DNA of 38,155 nt from Octopus bimaculoides (lineage: Eukaryota): NCBI RefSeq assembly GCF_001194135.2, contig NC_068983.1:99331398-99369552 (forward strand). The letters are read 5' to 3'. A program made the translations under genes and the position numbers. Positions within the stretch are counted from its first letter, which is position 1; the number at the start of each line of letters is the position of its first letter. Positions 1 through 10,800 of the stretch are shown here, piece after piece. The notes below the pieces were generated by a model. The model was not told where the DNA came from. It did not search any database and saw only the letters and a program-made list of their open reading frames with translations.

Positions 1-65
<65 letters not shown>
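1..65. repeat. Compound (AT)n-(AG)n microsatellite
   Basis: seen directly. Confidence 0.95.
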
Positions 66-67
<2 letters not shown>

Positions 68-719
68 CAACCAATGTATTGATGTTTTACTCAAGATTTG
101 TGTATGGCCATCAGTTTCATATACAATGATGACAATGATGTTTGCAGGAATCTCTCTTTCTCAATATCTTCAAACAGGCCTGGTTATTCAATCTGAACAG
201 GCTGTTTCTTTATCTTTTAGCATTTCAAATCTACTTATGTTTTTATATTTTTTTTTATAAAATAGTACATTTAGATGTGTTACATAACTTTTGATCCTGT
301 ATAATTCTGGGGCATAACTTTCTTAAACAACATTTGAACTCAGAGGCTCATTAGAAAATATCACTATTTCTCTACTTTGACCCCCCCCCCACACACACAT
401 TTTCGTCTTATCTATACAATGACTTGCAGCTCTATGGGGAAATATAGTAGTTGCCCTTCCTTCATAAAAATGATGGAGTGACATTTTTGGGTAATCATAC
501 CCTACTGTTAGGTCTCTCCTTTGAACTGTGACTAACTATGAAGTTGAACTGATTAGGTCATTCATTTAAATTATGTCTAGCTATAAAAGAATATAGGACT
601 TTTGTCATTGTTGGCTGATGAGACCATCTTTATTTGAATGTCTCTTTGAACCTGGTGAAGATAAGTTTAGATGGTTTAACCCCAGCAGTAAAAACAAGTA
701 AAAAATGAATTATGTTAAA

Positions 720-1280
720 CTAATTGACACTACTTATCTCTATGCTCATAGCAAGCATCCATGTCCTTGAATTGTCACTGACATAGTCTCATCTGGAAGT
801 TCAAAGTTTTTCAAGAAATTGATGATACTCTGGTTCTGCTAGAAAGAGTCCCATTGGTGATTGCTTTGATGTAAACTTGTTGAAGAATCTGGTCCAATCA
901 AGTTCAGGGTTTGCTGATGGATCTTCCAATATTGATTGCTGCCGCAACATACTTAGAAGTCATGATTGCCAAGCATGTGACTAGGAACAGTCTAACATCA
1001 GTCTGGTTATTGAAGTGAAAACCATGGCTCTACCTCCAGAAATTCCTCCTTGCTTGTCAAAAGTCCAGAAAGCATTGGAAAGGGAAAATTCAGAGTGCTT
1101 TTAAAAGCATTCCATAGGAAGTATGGGTAGATGGTATGAATTACTATTTCTGATTCAACTGCATTGTGGCATACCTTAGCTGAAAGCTGACAACAGGCTT
1201 ATTTGCAGTAATAAATCAGAGCTGGGGATGGTTGTAATGAAAGTAAGACATGGAAGAAGTTCCAGAGGTTGAATAAAAGG
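720..1280 (+). mobile_element. Highly decayed LINE fragment, apurinic-like endonuclease region (possibly L1/Tx1-like)
   Basis: frameshifted remnants in APE-motif order: YLYAH, FQEIDDTLVLLERVPLVIA/DVN (cf. PxIIxGDFN), SNIDC (cf. SxIDY); many stops. Confidence 0.4.
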
Positions 1281-1779
1281 CATATTGTGTAAAACATGTT
1301 CTAAAAGTGTGATATGGTATAAGTTTTGAATGGAGATGTATGGGAACTAGGAGAAATAAGGTGAATGTAAATGGTTAAATGTGTTTTCTGAACTTGTATG
1401 AAAGTAAAATAAAGGATTTTAAAAGAATAGCTGAGCATTGAAGATATCAATGTAATGTATGCTGGATGAACGATTGTGCTGATTTAGATGTAAGTTGTCA
1501 AAATGCAGTGAACTGACAATGAAAGGCAGCAGACTTTGGTCAGTCCAATGTCAGGCCAAACGAAAAACTTTTAGCTAATCCAAAGCTCTTTTTGTGAATT
1601 GCTCTAAATTGTTCCTACAATATTAAGAACTGTCTTGACTCAATAGAAATATTTCTTTGCACTTAGAAAATAAGTTCATTGGACTTTTAAAAATCACATA
1701 TTGTTCATAACATTGAAGCCCTAATAATTATATTGGCTTGACATAAATGCTTTGTTAATAATTATTTGCTCTCTTTCAG

Positions 1780-1848
1780 GATGCTTTAGCAATTGAAATG
1801 CTTAATTTCATTGCAAAAGAGAATGACCACTGTGAAAAACTAGTAGCA
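1780..1848 (+). CDS. ARHGAP17/ARHGAP44: RhoGAP gene exon, BAR domain C-terminal helix (DALAIEMLNFIAKENDHCEKLVA)
   Basis: ctctttcAG acceptor, GTAAGT donor at 1849, 69 nt, phase 0/0, resembles the ARHGAP17 DQLAADMYNFMAKE segment. Confidence 0.9.
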
Positions 1849-4800
1849 GTAAGTATTTTTAACACTTAATTTAACCTTTTAGCATTTAAACTGGCCATAT
1901 CTGACTCAAATATCCTCCCTGTTTTATGTTCAAACCAGCCAGATCAAGCCTCTCACACCTACCCTACAAAGTCATTCTCAAAGTAAACAATCACATCATT
2001 GAATGCTAAAAAGTTAAGGACTGTTGACATGATGGATTTTACTGTGTTGCTGAGGTATATAGTTGGTTAAGTATGTATTAGGTATTATTGGTCTTTATTT
2101 TATCAGTCCTAGAAGAATGAAAGGCTAAGCCAGTGCTCAGTATCACACATTTGATTTGTTTTTGGAGCTAATATTGAGATACAATACAGCAACTCATCTA
2201 ATATACCAATCCTGACCGTTTTCAAAATTATGTGTTACAGCTTCCTTAGATACAAAGATACAAGAGTGAATAGAATCTTAAAGGATCATTACTGATATAA
2301 TAACTTTACTGAGATGAGAAATGTTTTTTTTTGTTTTTTTTTATTGTGTGTGTGTGGGGGGGGGGGACAAAATATGTAATTTGAGTGTCTATAAGAGGCT
2401 GGGTATAAGAGATATTAAAGACTGCTGCATAAATTTGAAATATACTTTATACAAGCCAGTGGTGAATTGTATTCTTGAGAAATGATTAAAAGAAGGGATA
2501 GATAAAACAAGTGAACTGAAACAAAAGTGGTTGTAAATCTTACACATAAGAACTACCTGTAATATATCGAGTATCAGTAAAAATGGTAAAAAAAAGAGAA
2601 AATGTTTTTTCTTTACTCTTTTTTTTACTGGTTTTAGTCTTTAGAATGTGGTTGGGCAGTGCTCCAGCATGGCTGCAGTCAAATGACTGAAACAGATAAA
2701 AAGGATATAAGAATATCATTAAATGTCGACAAAACAAAACTAGTGTTACCCCATCCACATGAAAAGTATCGAGTGAAAGGTAACATCAATCTGTATAAAG
2801 CAAACATGTAACAGGAAAAGTATTAAGTAAAAAGTATCTCCATTACTTTAATCAGAAACACACTTTAACCAAATGTGTCAATTGTCTTTGTGTAATCATT
2901 AATAATTGTTTCATACTTAATCACTGTTAATCACTTAAATACTAATTTAAGCAAACTTATAGTATATTGTCCAAACTATTATAATGAGCCTAAAACCACC
3001 TGCATATCTGCTTACAGCTTTGTATATTCTTGTTTACCTGGTCCTTGTATGGTCCCTGACATCCAAAAGAAATATAAAATCTATTTGTACTTTACAAAGA
3101 AACATAACTAAAGAGTAGATTCTTCTTTGCATAAATTTTTACACTGATCAAACTATTCCACTAAATTTTAATTTATTTTTTATTTTTAAAATGCTTTTTT
3201 ATAGTTACTACTGAATAACAAATGAATATCAATTCTGTTTATGAATATATTTCTGCTTTGCTATGAAACAACTTTTAGTTTATCATCATTAATCCTTTTG
3301 TTCCAATATTTTTGTTGAGATACTCTGTGTTTCTTTCAATTAATTTTAAATATAACAAAGAATTCAATAAAATAACTTAGTTATCATTAAGCTAGTGTTA
3401 GAAACATAAATTGTGACTAAGGTTTGGTGGAAGATTTTAATTCAGAACTTTTGGAAACAAGACATTTGTGCTACAGAGCCAGAAGTGGTTTCAGGTGGGT
3501 TGGTATCAAAAGGGTTAAAGAGATCGTGTTTGTTTGACAAACACAAAATCTTATTGAAAATGTGATTGAAACTGTAATCAAGGATATTCCAGCTGTAGTC
3601 ATCCCAACAACTTTTTATCAGTGTATCTAGGGCTATATTAATCAATCTGTCTTTCAATTTTTATGACAGAGTTTTATTTGAGAGAGATTTAGCTGCTATT
3701 TCTAGCATGCTAAGGGAATATGTAGCACAGTCATGGGTTAACAATAGCATACAAGACTTTCTGAATGGCATGCCAATGAAAAATTACCTTGAATTTTCTT
3801 AGTAGTTCAGTCTACCTAATGATGAGTCATGCCTGATGTAGAGGTTACCCATGCAAGACGTAGAGGTTTCTTTGTTCACTAGAGAGTTTATGACCTTAAA
3901 ATTATTTCATAGCAAGGCTAAATGTATTTTCTTTTATAATATTAACTAATGCAGATGTTCTGTTGTGCATTGTGTAATAATGAAAATTTTCTCATTGCAG
4001 CTCATGATGGCACAAGCCAATTACCACAAAAATGCCCTTGAAACAATCGATAGAGTGATACCTAAAATGAAACAAATGATTGGTATGTTGTTGTTGTTAT
4101 CATTATTAAAGGCAGTGAGCTGGCAGAATTATTAGCATGCTGGGCAAAATGCTTAGCATCATTTTGTCCGTCCTTACATTCTGAGTTCAAATTCTGCCAA
4201 GGTCAACTTTGCCTTTCCTCCTTTTCAAAATTGATGAAATAAGCAACAGTTATGCACTGGGGTCAATGTAATTAACTAGTCCCCTCCTGCTAAATTTCAG
4301 GCCTTGTGCCTTTAGTAGAAAGGATTTTTATTATTATTATGATGATGATGATGATTATGTGATGAAAACTCACAGCTTATTTTGCTGGGTATGATGGAAA
4401 GTGTCAGCTGTCCACAGCCAGCAGACCAAGGTGACACTTGTTTATTGGTCATGCTTCAAGAACCCTGCAAAGGATTCTTGCAGTTCCAAGCAAAGCTGAT
4501 CTTTGTAGGTGTTCTACTTTCATACTTGCAAATCTTTTTCAGCCATGCTGATAGTTGAGTGCTGATACTTCTAAATGGCACCAATTACTATTGGTATCAT
4601 GTCTACTCTCCTCATTGATCACAACCTTCGTATTTCCCACCTCAAATTATCATAGTTGTTTATTTTTTCTTCTTCTTTCACATTGATCCTGTTGTCACCG
4701 GGGCATGCTATGTTGATTATCATGCATGTTTTTTTCTTTTTTATTCACCACAACAATGTTTGGTTTCTGATGTCTGGTCAAGTGATTGCACTGGATCAGT

Positions 4801-7800
4801 GCATCCCATAGAATTTTGCAATTCTCATTCTCAGTGATTCCTTCTGGGGTTTTCTCATACCATGTCTTTGCTCTTTGTAGGCTTTGATTTCCACAGAGCT
4901 CCCAATGGATCATTCTTGTCACATTGTCATGGCGTCCTTTGTATTCATGTTGTGCCAATTTTGGGCATTTGCTAATGATGTACCGTACTGTTTTGCTCCT
5001 CTCACCACACATCACATTCTGCATTTGTCGCTGTCAGTAGTGTTGTCTATTTTGCACTCACATAGTTGATCCTTATCACTGGTTCTTGAGCTGCACATGT
5101 GAGTGCTTCCGTCTCTCTCTTCAGGTCACTCCTCTTCATCCATAGCTACCGGTCCTCTGTATCTGTCTTGGCATTCACATGTCTTGCAAACTACTCCTAA
5201 GCAGTCCTCCTATTCTCCCTGTCTGAATGGATTATACTAAACTTGCTATGTTAAATGTCTTCCTCCCCAAGTTGATCTTTCTTTCCTTTTCCTTTGATTT
5301 ATTTTCTCTCTCTCTCTCTTCTACTTTTTTTCTCTGTCAATGCTGGGGGTTGAGTGCCCACTTATAAAATGCCCCAATGGCCTGCGCAAGACATGCCCTG
5401 ACAGTCAAGCCTGACTCCTTCGCCAATCCAACAGGAGAAAAGTAGGAAAAGGCAAGTATCTGGTGCCTTCAAATAACGAGTGCTCTGAGTTAGCCTTGGT
5501 TGGCAAGCAGCCTAGGAGAAGGACCACTCTGAGTTCAAAACCAGGGAAGCTAGGCCCCTGCCGCCTTCATGGACTACCTTGATAGAGATGGTGTCTCAAT
5601 GAAAATACTGATTGGTAGTAACCTAAAAACACACCTCGTTATTATTATTATTATTGAGTGAGAGAGCAGCGCATGCCATCAAAGTGACACTGGGGTACAA
5701 ATATATGAAGCCCAATATACCCATCCTGAATACCCATCTGATAAGGGTACACCAGGCACATGCATCATGACTGTGTGTGCATGACAGTGATCTCATATCG
5801 AGATAAATAGCACATGACCTTGCTCTGTTAGAATTTTCTTCAAGTAGCCCATCCAGTTCAAAAGGAACACTCATGTTTCCAAAGGTAAATTATTCAAACC
5901 CCAAAGCTCAGCACATGGCTATGATGCTGCCCCACTACTCCTGCTCATGATCAAAGATGCACATAGCGTCAGCCACTAAGGGACATGCTCAACTGGATCT
6001 TTTATCTTTTACTTGTTTCAGTCATTAGGTTGTGGTCATGCTGGGAGACCACCTTGAAGGGTTTTAGTTGAACAAATTGATCCTAGTATTAGTTTTTTTA
6101 AAGGCTGGTACTTATCCTATCAATCTCTTTCTGTCAAACCACTTAGGCACAGGGATGTAAACAAACGAACACTGGATGTTAAGTGGTGGAGTGAGATGGT
6201 AGTGACGGGGTGCTAAGAAAGACATATATATTTTGACAGGTTTCCACATCGCTTCCATTGATCAAATTCACTCACAAGGCTTTGGTTAGCCTGAGGCCAT
6301 AGTAGAAGACACTTGCCCAAGGTGCAGCATGTGGGACAGAACCCCAAAACCTCATATTTGCAAAACTAGCTTCTTAACCACATAAATCACATTACCATAC
6401 CTATGCTTGTTATAATTATTAATAATGTGGAACATGCAGGCATGATACTAATCAATAAATTTGATTTGCTTCTCAAGTGACATTTTCTTTATTTCTATCA
6501 CTGAGTTGTATATTGTCAAAAGCTGATTCTTGCTGTGGTTTTAAGTTTTCCAGTTGCTACAATTATGAAGAACCTTTTTGTTTGTTAGAAGCTGTTTTTT
6601 TTTTCTTATATTCTTTTATTGATCTCAGTTTTTGAGCTGCAACCTTGTTGAGGTAACACCTTCAAGGATTTTAGTTACATCAAACCCTAGTACCTTGTCT
6701 AGTACTTATTGTATTGCTTTCTATTTATCAAATGGCTTGGTTTACTTTTGGTGAGAAGGGATATAACAAGGTGTTTTTGTTGGACCTAACCAATCCACAC
6801 ACATACACACTCATCATCATCATTGTTTTTATGTCTGGTTTTTCATGTTAGCACAGGTTTAACTGGTGTTCTCTAACAAAGTGTCTTGCCATTTATTTGC
6901 AATCTCCTTTGTGAGATTCAGCCTCTTGGAAATTATCTTCACCACTTCTTCCTACATCTTCCGCTGACTCTTTTACATTGTCTCTTGGCACTTCTTTTAC
7001 CCTACTATCTCCCATATGCATCACATTTCCATACTAACACAGTCATATCTCTTCAATGCTGCACTTGATTTTTTTTTGTATCAGGTATTTTTCTCAGATC
7101 ATTTGTGCTCTATTGTTTATGTATAGTATCATTACCTGTCCATTAGAGCATGCTCATTTCATTTCTTTCTAGCCTTTGCACTTTCTCCACATTCAGTTCC
7201 CATGTTTTGTTACCATGCAACATTGCACTTGGTACATGATCATCATACAATCTGCCCTTCACACACAAAGTGAATGCATTTTTGCAAGAATAATATATTC
7301 CTAAACTTTTTTCCACCCTTTTCTTAGTCTGGCTGTTATGCTTTCAAAACATTCACTATCACTGCTAATTAGGTTTCCTAGACAATGGAAGCTGTAAACT
7401 AATTCTAAGAGAGCTTTTTGAGCATTTGAAAAATATTATTTCTTAGGTAATCTTACTGCTACTAGTCCTGTGCATCTATTATATATAAAGTCTTGTCAGG
7501 CCTTAATTCCACTGTGTCTCTTGTACACCCCCAGTTTACTTTTGATACAGAGTTGTTACCTGCTTATTTTTCTGTATATTTAATGTAGCCACCATCCTTG
7601 ACAGCAGTAGAGTAGTGTTGTAGTCTTTTCTGATTACTAAAACTTTTTTTCTTTGCTGTGTTTATTTTAGGCTTTTTAATTCTAGGCCTTGTATCAATGT
7701 TTGGAATTTCTTCTCTAATTCAAGTGTGACAGCTATAAGAACTAGATCATTGGTCTGAGGAGTTCCTGCTGATGTAGGGAACTATGATAAATATGAAGGG

Positions 7801-10800
7801 TCTGAAAATAAATATGAGGAGTCTTACCTTCATACTAACTTGCTTGCTGAACTCATTGCTAATTGTCATCTTGCTTACAACATCTCTGTATATCATTTGG
7901 TTGTCTCTCAAATGCCATTTATTTACACCTACTTTTCATGGAGACTACCAGATGATGTAGAACCCTGTCTAAGGCCTTCTCAAGGTCAATGAATGCTAGG
8001 TATAGTGGCTTGCTCTTAGCTCAGAATGTCTACTGTAGTTGTTTCACCAGTAGAGGGTGTTGGTGGTATCCTCTCTTGGAATAAACTTCGACTGCATCTC
8101 ATCTAAGTTAATTTTGTCTGTCTTTACATTCTCAATTCATATTCCGTTCAGGTTGACTTCATCTTTCATCCTTTTGGGGATCGATAAAATATGTACCAGC
8201 TGAACATTGGAGTCAATATAATCAACTACCCCTGCCTTCTGCCAAATTTCAGGCATTGTGCCTAGAAAGGATTATTATTTTATTCAAGTGGTGAGCTGGC
8301 AGAATTGGCAGCATGTTGGACAAAATGCTTAGCAGCATTTATTCCGACTAAATTCTGACTTCAAATTCCACTGAGGTCAAGTTTACTTCTTTCTCATCCT
8401 TTCAGAGTTGGTTAAATAAATACCAGTTAAGTATTGGGGTCAATGTAATTAATTTACTCCCTCTCCCTAAAATTACAGATCTTGTCCCAAAATAAGAGAG
8501 AATTATTACTAGTAATAATAATTCAAATGTCATTTAAATATACACTTTTCATTTGATGAAATTTTATTCCACACATTGCCTCACTGTATGCTATGTAATA
8601 TTCAAAAGAGAGAAATGATAAACTAATTTGTGAAATATTTCAGATTTATGAAATACTTGTTTACACCTTGTTCAACTACTTTTGTTTTCAAATGTTGTTT
8701 TCTCCACAGACACTAATCCTGTGAAACCTGTCTATGGTACCTGTCTGTCGGACCATTTAAGAGTTACTGGACGGAATATTGCCTTAGTCATTGAAGGCTG
8801 TGTCTGTACTTTAGTAGATACAGGCTTAGAGGAGGAGGTAGGATTTTTATTTATTTTTTTCTTTTCTTCCAAACTAAAACTAAGTAAAACTGGTGTCATC
8901 ATCATTTTCATCATCATTTTAATGTCCACTTTTCCTTGCTTGCATGACTTGGAGGGAATTTGTTGAGGTGGATTTTCTACAGTTGGATGCCCTTCCTGTC
9001 ACCTACCATCACCTGTTTTCAAGCAAGGTGATATTTCCCCATGGCCAGATGTATTTTTACAGATTGGAAATGAAAGACACTGCTTGCACGATGGTGACAT
9101 TTGTTTACAACTATCATGCAATGTCAAGGGAAGGGAACAGTAACACGCGCGCGCGCACAAATACAAACATAAATATATGAGCAGAATTTAGGCTAGTTGA
9201 AATATGTTTGTCACATATTTCAATTTCTAAAAGGCAAGTACACTGCAGTTACCATGGAGAAAAAATTTCTCGTGTGGTAAAAAGGTGTGAAAACACCAGT
9301 TAGTTCAGTGTTGCCCTCTATTAGGAATCTCAGACATCACTGTTTCAAGTTTTTTGATTACTACTGCAAATCAGCCTAAATTCTGCTCATCCTTAAGCAC
9401 TGCTTCATGCTAACTTTTCATTATTTACCTTGATTGGGCAATCTACTAGTGCAAATCAGTCAATGTATTGACCAGATTATATATAAAGCTATGACTTTAT
9501 TAAGTTCATTCAGAGTTGCCTCTCTTAGGTACATCGCATTGATGAGTCAAAAAACTTGAAACATCGATGTCTGAGATTCCTAGTAGAGGGTGACACTGAA
9601 TGAACTGGTGTTTTCACACCTTTTTACCATAAGAGAGATTTTTTTTCTCCACAGTAACTGCAGTGTATTTACTTTATAGCAGTTGAAATATACGACAAAC
9701 ATATTTCAACTAGCCTTAATTCTGTCCATAATACTGCTTCGTGCTAATGCTTTGTTGTAAACATATATATATATATATTTATACACACACACCCATGACA
9801 GACTTCTTTCAGTTTCTACCTACCAAATCCACTCACAAAGTTTTGGTCAGCCTCTGACTATATTGGAGGTCACTTGCTCAAGGTACCATGCAGTAGCACT
9901 GAACCCAAAACCATATGGTTGGGAAACAAACTTCTTACCACACTGCCATGCCTGTACATATTGTGTTTTAAGTAGTACAGTTCCTCTAGAGGACAGCACC
10001 AAACTGTTCTGTCAGTGAAGCAAACATCATATTGTTGCCTATTTTATTCTCCTTGCTTGTGAAATTCTATTTTTACACATGTGAGGTATGCTAGTTATGT
10101 TTACAAATTTCCATTTTATTTGTCACTATTTCTTGGGATTTACATGCTGTAAATTTATTGGGGGAGGTCGGTCCGGTATGGAGGCATCTACTATTACAAC
10201 ATGTTACTGCATCCAACATTTGTCAGTGACTCCCTACTCCTGGTGGATGGACCCTTTGCACCACTCAGGTGACAACCTTCTGATTCATGGGTTTGTTTTG
10301 GTAGTAGCTGCTGGTGAGGGTTTTATGAGATCAAAGTGTAAATCCTACCTCAACCTCTTTTAGTTGTCTTTTACAACACACAGAGGAAATGGGCTTATTC
10401 TTTGGCATGCTGGTCCCCACACAGTAAGCTGTGTTTATCAGGGGGAGATAATTAAACATTTTCAGGTTTGAATTTCGCTTAAGGTGGTTACTGTAACAAG
10501 TTTCCCTTTTCACATATTTTCTTCCATGAGATCAGATACTGGCTGTTTCTGTTAAATAAAAGCTGAAATACTTTAACTCTATAAAGTGGTTGATGTTAGG
10601 AAAGGCATCAAGCCATGTAAACTGTGCTAAAATGGAAGGTGCAAGGGAATCATAGTTCTCTGATCAATTTCAGAGATTGGTAACATTGAAGAACTGATGA
10701 TCTGCTCAGCTCATACCAGCTTGGAAAATGGATGAATAAGTTACAAAGATGGTGATGGTGGTGGTGAGGATGGTGATGATGATGGTGATTTAAAAGAATG

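Noticed and set aside
615-660. Hammerhead ribozyme core (CTGATGA plus GAC/GTC stem)
   Set aside because: The required GAAA after stem II is missing.
370-2375. Inverted TTTG(A/T)C10(AC)n motifs (near 377-400 and 2346-2372) as ends of one transposon bracketing exon 1780-1848
   Set aside because: Similarity is mostly homopolymer and dinucleotide runs; flanks do not align convincingly.
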